Part shown: piece by piece, positions 12,467 to 25,312 of the stretch
Layout: the number at the start of each line of letters is the position of its first letter
How positions within the stretch are numbered: the stretch's first letter is position 1
NCBI GenBank assembly: GCA_964016885.1
Contig: OZ024742.1
Coordinates: 69,192,001 to 69,256,000, forward strand
Direction: 5' to 3'
Source of the DNA: Eledone cirrhosa
Lineage: Eukaryota
Length of the DNA: 64,000 nt
The notes under the pieces: model-generated
Seen by the model: only the letters and a program-made list of their open reading frames with translations
The model's database searches: none
What the model was told of the DNA's origin: nothing
Made by a program: the position numbers and the translations under genes

Positions 12467-13687
12467 CTTTGCCTTAAAATAGTAAAAGTAAATAGTGAAG
12501 ATTTAGGCCAGTACATATGCGCCGACGGACATACACATATATATACACACGCACACACAAATACACACACACACACGAGCGCGCGCGCGCTGTGTGTGTA
12601 AACCTCATGCATTTCTACAGTATTTTCACCAAACTTAAGACATAGGTTACTTATGTACTCCGGATGGTCATGAGCACTTTCATTTTTCCAGATATTGATT
12701 ATAGGGCCTCCCGGCAGATAACCCCCTTTAACCACTTCCTTGGAGTCGACTGAAGCACTGCAGTGCAATGCATCAAAACGTCATAACTTCTGGAGTTCGC
12801 AACCGATTTTCACAAAACTTGACACATGGGCTACGTTTGTTCTACAGATGAATGTCAACTCTCAGAATTAGCACATATTGAGCAGGGGACCCCTGGGGGC
12901 AGGAACCCCCTTTTGGAAAAAGCCGATGATTTTGTAAAAGTATAGTTTTCCAAGTAGCACTGAAGTATTGACATAAATGGTATACATAACTGGTATTTAA
13001 TACCCGAGCAACGCCGGGTACCTCTGCTAGTATTCCATTAAAATAATATATTTCGCTATTAATCGGTGAATCACAGATGTTAAATCTTGGATCATCTGCA
13101 AAGGAGAAAATTTAACTATCTGTGATTACACACTAAGAACAAATCAGGAAATAACGACGAAAAGCACATGTGGTTTTACAAAATACACATCGCGCCGCCA
13201 TCATACCAGTGGTGTTAATAGGCTTATCGACAGCTAGAAATAGTAGCCGAGTCCTTTCAACAGAAAAAAGCTCTACAAACAGAATATTTAAGAGCCGTAA
13301 GAATTAACAAAATTAAATTAAAGATGTTATGTCTGAGAATATCAGAAACTTGTGCCATACCACCTGTGGAATAAGCTCAAAGATTCCAAAGAATAAATCC
13401 GAGCATCTAAAATTAAATTAAAAGTCAATTGACATATATATATATAAAATAAACGTATCAAACAATTACAGAGGATAATTTGTAAAGAATGTAAACACAC
13501 ATAGTTACGGAGGTAAAATATTAAAAATTAACGAGAACCTTGAATCTTGCAATAATGATTAATCTCCTTTGTATATATTCCATTAAAGAAATATACCTCT
13601 ATATAGATATTTATATAACACATGCATTAAAACATACAACACAAACGAAGAAAAAGAAACACAATACGGGATTTTAAAAGGCTAGAA

Positions 13688-14000
13688 GACATGACAAGCT
13701 TCCCATTCTGCGGTGGTAGGCTCTTCAACTTGGATGCTACATGTTGTTACACTTTCTCCAACGGCAACCTAGTGCACTCGACAACTAACCCAGGCTTTCC
13801 TGCTCGTCAGATCGAAGAGAGTAAACTGTCGAAATATCGATCACTCTCCGATAAGTTTGTGGTCGAGCCTGTGACAGTGGAAACTTACGGTCTTCTTGAC
13901 CCCTAAACCACATCCCTACTCACTACTATCGGAACGGAGTTTGCTACCCGCAGGAGTGAACCCCGAGACAATATTTTCTCTACTCTGTCCGCTGACACCA
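13688..14000 (+). mobile_element. CRE-like RLE fragment
   Basis: MTSFPFCGGR..DATCCYTFS..EESKLSKY..EPVTVETYGLL, homologous to 63543-64000. Confidence 0.75.
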
Positions 14001-14544
14001 CAAAGCGGTTAACTCTTAAATGAGAGTGAAGTTGTCTGTATGCAGATGTTCAAATGAGAATCTAAGTGTTACTGAAAGAAAAACACGATAAACAAGCAGA
14101 AATGTGACTGACAAAGTTTTAAAAAAAATACAAATTATACCTTTTTATCTATTTTTTCCCAGTTAAAATAAGGTCTTTATGAGTTTACCCACGTTTTTCA
14201 ACTGATATGACATCATGTAACACCGTCATGGTATATTTTCATTTGAACATTACACACGAACAAAATAAAAGCATAATGTAACTCTATAGGCCAAAGCATG
14301 GCATCCGACACTCTACCAATACTGCTAATCCACCGCCTGAAAATAATAAATAGTTTTACTAAACACAGAGATGTGTTTTAAATCAATGGAATATTTTACA
14401 CCACCTATCCTACTACAATGCATTGTACCTGCCTATCTTAGAAACCTGTTTCATCTTAGTAGACTGCACCTGCCCATTACAAAACTTGCTTTGCCTCAGT
14501 AAATAGATCGACCTGACACGGACATGTATCATTTTTCATTAGAA

Positions 14545-14815
14545 AGCCTCGATATGCAAATTAGGCTGCTCAGCCGTTAATATGCATAAGGAAAGTATAT
14601 ACTTTCAGACGTTCAATCATCTGACAGGAAGGTATACGGTGCTGACGATAGTTAATAAGCTATTTCTCGAAGCTAATTCGGGATGTTTGTTTACAAACAC
14701 ACCGAGCATTATAATAAATGTTCGGTAAATCCATACGTACATATATATGTGTGCATGTATGTATATATATACATACTACTGTACGTCTGTATACATATAT
14801 GTATGTGCGTATACA
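14545..14815 (+). mobile_element. Non-coding HHR-bearing repeat (PLE pLTR-like), same family as 24690-25312, with an internal deletion
   Basis: Shares CTCGATATGCAAATTAGGCTGCTCAGCC, CGGTGCTGACGATAG and AATTCGGGATGTTTGTTTACAAACACACCGAGC with 24690-25312. Confidence 0.75.
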
Positions 14816-17100
14816 CCTCGACTTCACCTCTTCCCACCCCACCCACACTAAACTCTCCATTCCCTACTCCCAACTTCTCAGGATCCGCCGCCTCTGTAGC
14901 CGAGATGCTGACTTCGAGTCCCAGGCCCTTTCCCTAGTCAGCCATTTCATCCGCAGAGGTTACCCTCCCTCTCTCGTCCACACCGCTCTCACCCGCGCCC
15001 GTGCTATCCCCCGCTCCACCACCCTTACCCCACGCCACCACACACCCACCCACCGTCTCCCCTTCCCCATCACCTACCACCCCTCCACCGCACCATCCGC
15101 CGCCTCTTCCGACACCTCCAGTCCGACCCCTCCACCTCCCACATCTTCCCAACCCCACCACTCCCCTCCTTCAAACGCGCACGCAATCTCCGCACCCTCC
15201 TCGTCCACAGCTCCCTACCCCCCAACCCACGCTCCGTTTCCCCCCCGGTTCCTTCCCCTGTTCTAGGCCCCGCTGCAACACCTGTCCCCACATCACCAAC
15301 ACCACCACCTTCCAGGGTCCCAACGGCCACTCTCTCTCGGTCCGGCATGCCTTCCGCTGCACCTCCTCCAACCTAGTCTACGGACTTCGTTGCACGAGGT
15401 GCAGCGCGACTTATGTCGGACAGACGGGACGCCGCCTGGCGGACCGAGTCACGGAGCACCTCCGGGACATTCGTCTCGGGGGCAGTTCCCCCATCGCCCG
15501 CCACTTTGGTGGCCCTGGACACTCCGCACGCCATCTCACAGTCTGTGGCCTACTCCAGTGCCACGGAACACCCGCCCATCGCCTTACGGTCGAACAACGT
15601 ACTATCTTCATCTTACAGACCCACACTCCCCCCGGCCTGAACTCCCCACCCTTATTCCTTTAGCGTTCGACCCCCCCCCCCCCCCCCACTAACACACCCC
15701 TCCTTTTCACCGCCCACCCCACACTAACAATACTAACACCTCCACTCCACCCCTCATCTGACCACCCTTCCCCAACTAACATACTAACATCCCTTCCCTC
15801 CCCTCTTCTCCTCCTCCCCCTCCTTATCACACGCACCCACTTACACCACCCACCCCCACGCAACTAACATCACTAACACCCTCCAACCCCACGCACACGT
15901 ACCCACACACCCTCGTACACCACCAACTCTACACACCCTACCCCCACTAACCCCCACTCACACCTGCATTCCACCCCTCCCCACCTCCCGTATATTAACA
16001 CCCACTAACACCTCTTCACCAAACTACACACACACCAGTACACCACACTCCCTCCATAGAACCACACACACTCTTCTCTCCCCGCTCCACACTCACTCAT
16101 CCCACTAACACCCCACTAATACACACACACACACACACACACACCCGCCTCACTCCAACTCTCACACCTACCCATCCTCGCCTCCCTACCATTCCGCCGA
16201 CTGCTGCTATGCCCTTCCGACCACTGTCTCAGCACCAACTGACCACAGCACTTCCACTGCTGACCACTTCCTGTTGCGCGCGCACCCCACATCTCTCCTC
16301 TTCCGACCACCGCTTCTTGGATTACCCACACGCGTTTTGACTTCTCACCAAAATCTCCATACATCCGTGTAACTTACCACTTTCAACCATCCTCTAACAC
16401 CATCACCTATATAACTCACCCACACACACACCCCAAAACAAATTTTTTTATCCACACGCCACCCACACCCACAACACGCTTAAACCACACACACGTGCTT
16501 CCCACCACATATTTACACCCTCAGCCCCCTGATTCCTCTCCTCCCACCCCCCTATCCACACACGCACAGACCCTCCGACCCACAAAAACACCCCCCACAC
16601 ACACCTTCCTGAACATGCAACCCCGTTCTTCCCCCAACCCTCACTTTCACATACACACACACACACACACACGCACACCTAACCATACACACCACCTTCA
16701 GCCCTCCCCGCTCGGACACCCCGTCTCCCTCTCCCCACTCCACCCGCCACCACCTCTACTCACCCCACACCCTTCCACCACCTGTTTACCCCCCCCTTTT
16801 AATTTCAGTTTATTTTGATCATGCCTTTATTTTTAAATTTTCTCATTCCTTGTATTTTGATCATGCTTTATTTTTATTTATTATTTATTATATTTTTGTC
16901 TTTATTTGTTAATTTTTCATTCGCACCGTTTCCTTTCGCTATATGTCTCTCCACCACTCCCCTACACACCTTTTGAACTCTCACCTGAAGAAGGGCTTAT
17001 GCCCGAAACGTCGTCCCCCCACCTACCCCCCACTTTCCTGAGCGTGAATTTAATAAACATTTGTCGTACTGCCTCTCTGTTCTGTCCCTGTTCAATTTTT
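14816..17100 (+). mobile_element. Penelope-like element (Neptune-type): RT thumb, Cys-rich linker, GIY-YIG and C-rich pLTR
   Basis: SSHPTHTKLSIPYSQLLRIRRLCS, CSRPRCNTC, NLVYGLRC..YVGQTGRRL..EHLRDI, PPGLN stop at 15663. The pLTR carries the HHR core CTGAAGAAGGGCTTATGCCCGAAACGTCGTC at 16985-17015. Confidence 0.9.
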
Positions 17101-17101
17101 C

Positions 17102-17238
<137 letters not shown>

Positions 17239-17294
17239 ATGTATGTATGTGTGTGTGTGAGTGTATTTATATATGTATATATATATATATATGA

Positions 17295-17545
17295 AGGTGC
17301 ATGGCTTAGTGGTTAGAGCATTGGGCTTGCAATCGAAAGGTTGTGAGTTCAATTCTTGGACTGGGTGATGTGTTGTTTCCTTGAGCAAGACACTCTATTT
17401 CACGTTGCTCCAGTTTACTCAGCTGTAGAAATGAGTACCGGCCTGCCCGCCCAGCCAGTGGGATGGCGTTATCTTATGGCTAAAACAGCATGACGTGCTG
17501 TGACCAGCGGCGCCGATTGCCGCCCGACAGACTGGTCGGTCAAGG
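17295..17545 (+). mobile_element. tRNA-derived SINE with a CORE-like central domain
   Basis: A-box TGGCTTAGTGG and B-box GAGTTCAATTC, then TTGTTTCCTTGAGCAAGACACT...CTCAGCTGTAGAAATGAGTACC; flanked by TA tracts. Confidence 0.75.
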
Positions 17546-17942
17546 TGATATATATATATATATATACGTATGTATATGTAAGGTCGCTCTTCAGCGCCAC
17601 CGGTAACATGTATATCAGAAGAACCTGTGCATTGTCGGGTCTTCGGCGACTAAATCCTCAACCCCACTCTGATATATAATCTGCGACCACGTTTGCATCC
17701 AATGATGTAGAGCAGTTCCTCTTTTGGGCACTTAAAAATGCTTCAAGCACAAGCATCGATTGATATGTGACATTTTTGGCGTTGTATGGTATTGCTGGCC
17801 ATAAGAAAGCCCCTAACATGACTAAAAAGCCGCGTCCGTGATGCTCATTTTTAAGTATGAAGTGATCGCATTACTCGAAAATGAGTTGCAGCCATCATGT
17901 ATGTATGTTCTTCCGGTTTTATAATTTCACAATTGTTTGCCA

Positions 17943-18002
<60 letters not shown>

Positions 18003-18214
18003 TCGATTTCTAACATAGATACAAGACTCTCCCATTGGAATTTACACAACATCAACTAGGTATGTACACAACATCAACTAGATATGTATGCATGTCTGCA
18101 TGTCTGAATGTGTGTGCAGGTATGGGTGTTATTGTATGTGTGGATGTGTATGTTCTGAGTTATATGTGTGTGTGTGTGTGTGCTTTGTATCTGTACAAGT
18201 GTATTAGATGCATA

Positions 18215-18988
18215 AGTTTTGGAATGGTGAAAAATCAATATGTGGAAACTACCGTCGCATCACTTTGTTGGAAGCTGTTGGCAAGGTTCTCGCAAAACTT
18301 TTGCTCAACAGACTGGAAGAGGATATCTGTCCTACAGCTATCCCAGAATCACAGAGTGGTTTTAGAGGAGGAAGGGGAACAGTTGACATGATTTTCTCTA
18401 AGACAAATACAAGAAAAATGCACTGAGCAGTGTTTCCCTCTATATTACGTCTTTGTCGACCTTTTGACACAGTTAACAGGGATGCACTCTAGATGATACT
18501 TGGAACAGTAGGATGTTCACCCAAGTTTGTGGGTATGCTAAAGCAGCTGCACAGAAATATGAAAGCCCAGGTTACCTTCAATGGTCAACTATCTGGGGAA
18601 ATCCCAATTGACAACGAGGCAAAGCAAGGTGATATTCCTGCTCCTACGCTTTTCTCCATCTTTGCCTTGCTCACACATGCTTTCCATGATTGTGACAGAG
18701 GCATTCTTTTACGGTTCAAAACCACTAGAAATGTTTTCAACTTAAGAAGGTTTAACTTTTCAAGCTTTAATCAGAGACCTTCATTGAGCCGACGACGCTG
18801 ACTTTCTAGCACACACAGAAGCTGGCATGCAACACATTATGGACCGTTTCTCATCCTCGTGTACAGCATTTGGGCTTACAAGCAGCCTTAAAAAGACCAA
18901 AGTAATGTTTACCCCTGCTCCTGGAGAACCATATACTGAGCCCCATATCATGGTTGATGGAACCAGGTTGAGAGCAGTAGATAAATTT
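18215..18988 (+). mobile_element. RTE-clade (BovB-like) reverse transcriptase fragment, frameshifted
   Basis: GNYRRITLL, PESQSGFRGGRGTVDMIF, FDTVNRDAL, KQGDIPAPTLFSIF, ADDAD and GLTSSLKKTKVM. Confidence 0.9.
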
Positions 18989-19299
18989 CCAATAGAAATA
19001 TTTAATATGGAAAAGACCTCAACACAAACAGAAAATGTCAAATATTATGTGCTTTTGCTTATGTTTTCTGTGTAAAATCTTTTCAAATCAAATGTTGTGT
19101 CATGTAATAGATTGGATAATTTAGCTATTCTAGATTGATTTATGTGTTTGGGCTGTGTAATCATGTTTGTATATATCGAACGCTGTATGTCTTGTTGTAA
19201 CTATCTGTTTGAGTTGGCTATTATGAGTGGGTGCACTTTTGTGTTAAGTATTGCGTGCAGATCTATTGTTGATTTGAGGATTAAGCCTAGCAGTTAGTA

Positions 19300-19740
19300 T
19301 TCTTTCTTTGATTCTAAGGCTGTCTTCAACAGTAACTAGTATGTCTTTAATGTTGTTTTGCCATTTGTCTGAGTGTTTCCTGAAGAAGGACGTGTGTGTA
19401 TTGAGATGTCCTTTAATGCGAGTGTGAAGATGCCTAACGGTACTACAGATCTAAAAATCATTGCATTTGTCGCATGAATGCAGTATATTACGTATATATG
19501 CTTCCACATACTTGTGTCATGAATGGGGCAGTTTGTTAGCATGCATTGGCTAATGTTGTCCCTAGATCATTTCTTCGCTAGGTGTTCTCTTATTGAGCTG
19601 CCGGGGTGGACTAATTGAATGTCTAGTACCACCTTGCTAATGACTCTGCCGATCGCCATGGATATATTTTCCCTGAAGTGTAGTAGTTTCAGGGGGCGGG
19701 TGATAGGAGAGGTCATATGTTTCTACCGTTTTGGGCACTT
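19300..19740 (-). mobile_element. Degenerate PLE GIY-YIG fragment, same family as 44611-45102
   Basis: LDIQLVHPGSSIREHL..CMLTNCPIHD..YVIYCI aligns by eye with the ORF at 44611-45102. Confidence 0.7.
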
Positions 19741-20309
19741 AAAAGGAAACGTATCATCGGGATGTTCCAAATACGTGTGAGTTCATTCCTCACATCCGCT
19801 TTTAGCACCGAGGGGTGTGACGATTTGATGTGGATGTCACCTTCTTCCGTCACCCTCAGATGGAAGTTCTAATTCGGATTATCTACCACTTGGTACAATG
19901 CACGTTTGCTGCTTTCGTTTGGTGCTTACCTTTAACAATACTTAAAGACAAGGTCATTCCACCCCAGAGTTGTTTCCTCAACGAGGCGAATCCTCGTCGG
20001 CTGGAAACACAGTAACGCTGCATATTTGCATGATCTCCAATAAAGAAATATCAGACTATTTTTCATATACATTAGCTACATTCTTGTATAGTTTCATCTG
20101 CATGTATTTCTTGTAAATTTGAAAATCTGTGATATTTTGACACCACTAAACGTCAGGATTGTTTATTCAAATATCAATATATCATTACATTATATTGTTA
20201 TAAATCTTCACACTAACTCCAACTACTATGCTGCAATTCTTAGACCTACATATTTTAATTGTTAATTGTTCAAGAAACCAAGTGGTATATATATATATAT
20301 ATATATATG

Positions 20310-21103
20310 AAATGATTTTTACAAAGATGTTTCACCTGATTTGAATGTATACAATGTGTCTTCAATGAGGTTAATGCAGCTTCCACAATTACCACACTTT
20401 TTGTCTGTTGGTATTGTGTTTGTGGTGGGTAATGTGGCGCCAGTGAGGTGGATTTTGATTTTGATTATTTTATATATTTCGAGCACTATTTTCATTCTTG
20501 GATCTTGCTTCAATAGTGAGATGTTCTTGTGGATAATGTGGTATATCTCCGTATTTATTTGGATTCTATGTTGAGATAAAGGGTAGAGTATTGTAAGTAT
20601 CTGAAGTCATTTTTCTTTTCTTCTTAATTATTGAATGTCTATTACTTTGGCACGTTCTATTTCGTTATCTATACTTTCGAGTAGAGTTTTAGTTCTTGGA
20701 GTCTTTTATTCCGAGTTTCCTGATTTGAAACAATTGTACAGGTTCTTCTTGCTAATTAAATGGAATATTTGTCTTCGTCTGTTTTTGATGGCTTGAGCTG
20801 AATGTTGAGTTAGTCGAGTGTGTGCGTCCATAGAATGAGACTGTCATCCAAGTAACATTTCCAGTTGTCTAGCAAACATTTGTGGAAATTCAAATCATAT
20901 TTTAATCTGGATTGTTCATATATATGGATTTGCAGGTATGCCATGGCTAGATTGGCGAAAATCAGGGCAAATGTTGTGCCCATCACAGTACGCGATATTT
21001 GTTTGAAAGTATTTCCCTTGAAATAAAAAAAATTGTGTTGTAGCATGACTTTTAGTCCCTTGGCGATGAAACCTATTTCTACGCTTTCCGGGATTGACTT
21101 AGG

Positions 21104-21105
<2 letters not shown>
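20310..21105 (-). mobile_element. Degenerate PLE RT and linker fragment
   Basis: NFFYFKGNTFKQISRTVMGTTFALIFANL, WKCYLDDSL and KKCGNCGSC. Confidence 0.8.
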
Positions 21106-21154
<49 letters not shown>

Positions 21155-21158
<4 letters not shown>

Positions 21159-21344
21159 AAGTATGACCCCGACGGCAGAGCTCAAGCCGTTTCGACGGCT
21201 ATTTCTGGACTCAGAAATAGCCGTCGAAACGGCTTGAGCTCTGTCGTCGGGGTCATACTTTTTCCTATTTCCCACTCTACTACCCTATGTATTGAGTACT
21301 CTGGTGCGTTATGGTCCATCTGGTTCCTTACCACAATTCCTTTG

Positions 21345-21350
<6 letters not shown>
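21155..21350 (+). repeat. Fold-back element: 53-bp arms with a 4-nt loop (21155-21264) plus a unique tail; family also at 32201-32369 and 39822-40270
   Basis: GAAAAAGTATGACCCCGACGGCAGAGCTCAAGCCGTTTCGACGGCTATTTCTG-GACT-reverse complement (one mismatch), flanked by TA tracts. Confidence 0.9.
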
Positions 21351-21394
<44 letters not shown>

Positions 21395-21397
<3 letters not shown>

Positions 21398-22620
21398 GAG
21401 TTCTATTTGAATAGTGAAGAAAAACTTTAAATCACAAGATAAATATGCTAATGAGGATAACGTTAAAACTGAAAAAGATCGTTATGTTTAGGCACTAGGT
21501 AAATTTAAATAATTATTAGGATTATTGTTTTATAAGAATAAGAAATAGGGGTTATTATTAGGGTGGAAGACATTTTAAGGAAAGATTTTAAGAAAAATAC
21601 ATTAAAGTTATTAACAGAATATTTATAGGAATGTACGTATACAATTGTCCGGAACATATTTGTGAGGGTGTAGTGAGAATGAAATAATTATATTTATTTT
21701 TATTTATTTTATTTAATTATTTATTTGGGAAGTATTCATAATATAATGTGTGAATTAAAAATAAATGTGTTAAAGTGGGAGAATATTAATTTAAAATGTG
21801 ATAGGTATTTTGTATTTATATATACGATTGGGTCTATTCAATTGGTGTGTTTAATATTATGAAGATTGCAGTTATAAGTATGTTTTATGGAGATTGCAGT
21901 TATAAGTATATTTTATTATATTATAAAAGGTTAGTTGTACATATATAAATAGTTTTAGTGAGTATATATATTATTTGTTTAATAGATAAGTAATTTAGAA
22001 GCTTTATATAAGAATAGTTATTATATGTTGGGCGAAGATATGCTTACATTTTCAATATATGGCTTAAGAATATGGAAGTAGTTCTATTTTAGTATATAAG
22101 ATGTATATTATTTTGTATATTCTATAGTTACATCAAGATAGAAATAAATTTATGAAATTTTAATATTTATGTAAAGTTTAAATGTTACGTAGATATTAGA
22201 TGTAAAACTGTTTCTTTTCAAAGGAAAAGATAACTCTAATTTTTCTTAGTTTACAGAGTTAAGTTATAGTTATATTTATCGTTTAGTCTTGAATTTACTT
22301 TCAAATTATATTCCAATTGTAGTATATGGAAAACTTATTTTATATATATGATTTTAGAGTATCATATATTACGTATGTTCTAAGATAAAAATTTTATGTA
22401 TATATTTTAATAACATTACTTATACCTATGCATAAATTTGATGATATTACGTATTTCTATGTATGGATTTAAAATATCTATAAAGCCTATTAGAAAAATA
22501 TTCAACAAACATCAAAAATACCTTCAAAAATATCATTAAAAACATCATAAATAAAACATCACAAAAAACAGCGAAAACATATAAAATGTAATTGGGCAGG
22601 ATATATAGGCTATATATATT
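21395..22620. repeat. AT-rich, strand-biased interspersed repeat (probably pLTR-like); inverted relative copy at ~42230-42846
   Basis: GTTCTATTTGAATAGTGAA...GAAAAAGATCGTTATGTTTAG..CTAGGTAAATTTAAATAATTATTAGGATTATT matches the reverse complement of 42720-42846. Confidence 0.7.
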
Positions 22621-23584
22621 TTCTATAGATTATAGATACTTCTATAAGTTTTAGTTAAATCATTCTTTCTTTTTGTTTATAGCATTCTTTTGTTGGTAAT
22701 TATGTGAAAAATTTCTTCAATACATAATTGACAAATTCTTGAGATTCTTGAGAAAGCCATATTCTGGCATACGGGCGCTTTCGAAATCGTTCTCCAAGAG
22801 ATCATATAGTCAATATTTGGTCCTTACGAGGTCGATAAAATAAAGTACCAGTAATGCACTGGGTATTTGCTGGCCTTGTGCCAAAAGTAGAAACAATTAT
22901 TATTGCTATTGTTGTTGCAATTATTACTATGTCACTTCATCGCTCTCTGTATCCATACAGGGAAAAGAATAAATCGCTATTGCTACACAGACACACACAA
23001 ACACACAGTCACGAACAATTCTTGTTCATATTACTGATTGGTTCATCAGCATCATTATTTTAGGCGACATTATGATGGTGATACTAATGGTAATAATAAT
23101 GATTATTGTTGTTGTTATTGTTAATATTTTATAGACACATATATCTACATCTCTCTTGACTTTTGAAAATCATGAAACTTTTGAAACCGGTACAGTCATA
23201 CATTGTGATAAATAAACCTTCTGAAAAACTCCAATTGCATGTTAAACTTCTTATATATATATATATAAATGTATATATGTTTCTCTCACTATTTAACGTA
23301 TAAGTGTGCACTCTGCTTTCCTTTTTGGTTGGTATCTTAATGATGCAGTCCAACATTGACTGCCACTAACAGATGGGGTAAAAGAAACTAGTGCATTAGT
23401 CCGGGGATAGAGAATTAAATTCTCTATTCACACGAAATCGTTTATCTCACTCTTTAACGTATAAGTGTGTACTCTGCTTTCCTTTTTGGTTGATATCTTA
23501 ATGATGTTGGCTTAATTAAAGCATTGAATGAGTGACAGAACGGTCGGAGACACATCGATTCTTCCGATGAGTTCGTTTCAATAT

Positions 23585-23659
<75 letters not shown>

Positions 23660-23908
23660 AGTATATACATAAGTATATACATAAGTATATACATAAAAGT
23701 ATGCATATATACTCATATATAAATACCTATATTCATATTTATATATATGTATATATATACGTACAATATATATATATACGTATAATAAATGTAATCTGAA
23801 TATTAATAATAGTATTAATAATAGTATTCGATTCGTTTTCAATTATGCAAACACCCTTTTTAAAGCCATGTCAGTGCTATTTGCATAATTGCAAACGAAT
23901 CGAATATT

Positions 23909-24040
23909 GGCCCTTTACGTTCTGAGTTCAAAATCCGCCGAGGTTAACTTTGCCTTTCATCCTTACGGGGTCGATAAAATAAAGTACCAGTAATGTACTG
24001 GGATAACTACTAGCCTTGTGCCAAGAGTAGAAACAATTAT
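23909..24040 (+). mobile_element. Meta-domain SINE, 5'-truncated (another 3' fragment at 22820-22905)
   Basis: B-box, Meta core and GAAACAATTAT end. Confidence 0.8.
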
Positions 24041-24104
24041 GCTACCAGATAACCATGTATTTATAAATGACTTCGTTTCAATATTATATATATATATATA
24101 TATA

Positions 24105-24487
24105 TAAATTCAAAATATTAACAAAAATAGACGTTCGTGTGATCAAGTATATTTTATTATGCATATTTCAGAGTATATTTTATTATGCATATTTCAGAGT
24201 ATATTTTATTATGCATATTTCAGAGTATATTTTATTATGCATATTTCAGAGCTATCTTCAACAGTACGTCCTCATCACATAAAATAAGATGATGCATGAC
24301 ATACCCTGACTTATTAGATGGTTAGGATTTAGTCATGGTGACTGAATCTTAACCATCTACTAAGTCAGGCATAATCTTATTTTATCTGATGAGGTGGTAC
24401 TGTTGAAGATAGCTCAGTACCTCTGAAATATGCATAATAAAATATACTTGATCACACGAATGTCTATTTTTGTTAATATTTTGAATT
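24105..24487. repeat. ~380-bp fold-back element with an HHR in the right arm and a 26-bp tandem amplification in the left arm
   Basis: Arms are reverse complements around AGTCATGGTGACT (~24337). TATATTTTATTATGCATATTTCAGAG occurs four times at ~24148-24251. Confidence 0.85.
24378..24444 (+). ncRNA. Type I hammerhead ribozyme
   Basis: UAUUUUAU-CUGAUGA-G..GGUACUG/CAGUACC..-GAAA-UAUGCA-UA-AUAAAAUA: 8-bp stem I and a self-complementary UAUGCAUA segment at stem III. Confidence 0.75.
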
Positions 24488-24623
24488 AATATTAATAACT
24501 CCGGAAAACCTATACTGTTGAGTGCTTCCAATCTATTGTAACACTCATTCTTTGATTTATTCATTGAACCTTGTTTAACCTTTAAATATATATATATATA
24601 TATGTGTGTGTGTATATATGTAT

Positions 24624-24689
<66 letters not shown>

Positions 24690-24696
<7 letters not shown>

Positions 24697-25312
24697 TATG
24701 TATACGTACATACGTATATGTATACAGACGTACAGTAGTATGTATATATATATATACATGCACATATATATATATGTACGTAAGGATTTACCGAACATTT
24801 ATTATAATGCTCGGTGTGTTTGGAAACAAACATCCCGAATTAAGCCGTACAGTGTTTAGCATCCATCGTTGCCCTTTTGTTCAACACTGACAAAGGAACG
24901 ATGTACTAGTTTCAAGCTTATTAGCTATCGTCAGTACCGTATACCTTCCTGCCAGATGATTGAACGTCTGAAAGTATATACTTTCCTTATGCATATTAAC
25001 GGCTGAGCAGCCTAATTTGCATATCGAGTGAGTTAATCATCTGGCAGGAAGGTATACGGTACTGACGATAGCTAATAAGCTTGAACTTGAAACTAGTACA
25101 TCGTTCCTTTGTCAGTGTTGAACAAAAGGGCAACGATGGTTGCTAAACACCGTACGGCTTAATTCGGGATGTTTGTTTACAAACACACCGAGCATTATAA
25201 TACATGTTCGGTAAATCCATACGTACATATATATATGTATGCATGTATGTATATATATACATACTACTGTACGTCTGTATACATATATGTATGTACGTAT
25301 ACATACTTATAT
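24690..25312. repeat. Fold-back pLTR-like element with ~270-bp arms and a ~74-bp spacer; HHR in each arm
   Basis: 24690-24961 is the reverse complement of 25036-25312. The minus-strand HHR at 24899-24939 reads CGGUA-CUGACGA-UAGCUAAUAAGCUU-GAAA-CUAG-UA-CAUCG. Confidence 0.88.

Larger units (their letters stand above)
10974..13030 (+). mobile_element. Non-autonomous Helitron-like element with nested CRE, SINE and HHR fragments
   Basis: 5' TCTATATATATAAAACT followed by (GTCT)n; 3' hairpin TACCCG-AGCAACGC-CGGGTA (13001-13020), terminal CTAG, then a flanking T. Confidence 0.7.

Noticed and set aside
21395-22620. Possible NUMT or mitochondrial control region (very AT-rich, strand-biased)
   Set aside because: No mitochondrial tRNA, rRNA or protein motif is recognisable, and a diverged inverted copy at ~42230-42846 indicates an interspersed repeat.
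24148-24251. CRISPR-like array
   Set aside because: The repeats are contiguous with no spacers, there are no cas genes, and the context is eukaryotic.
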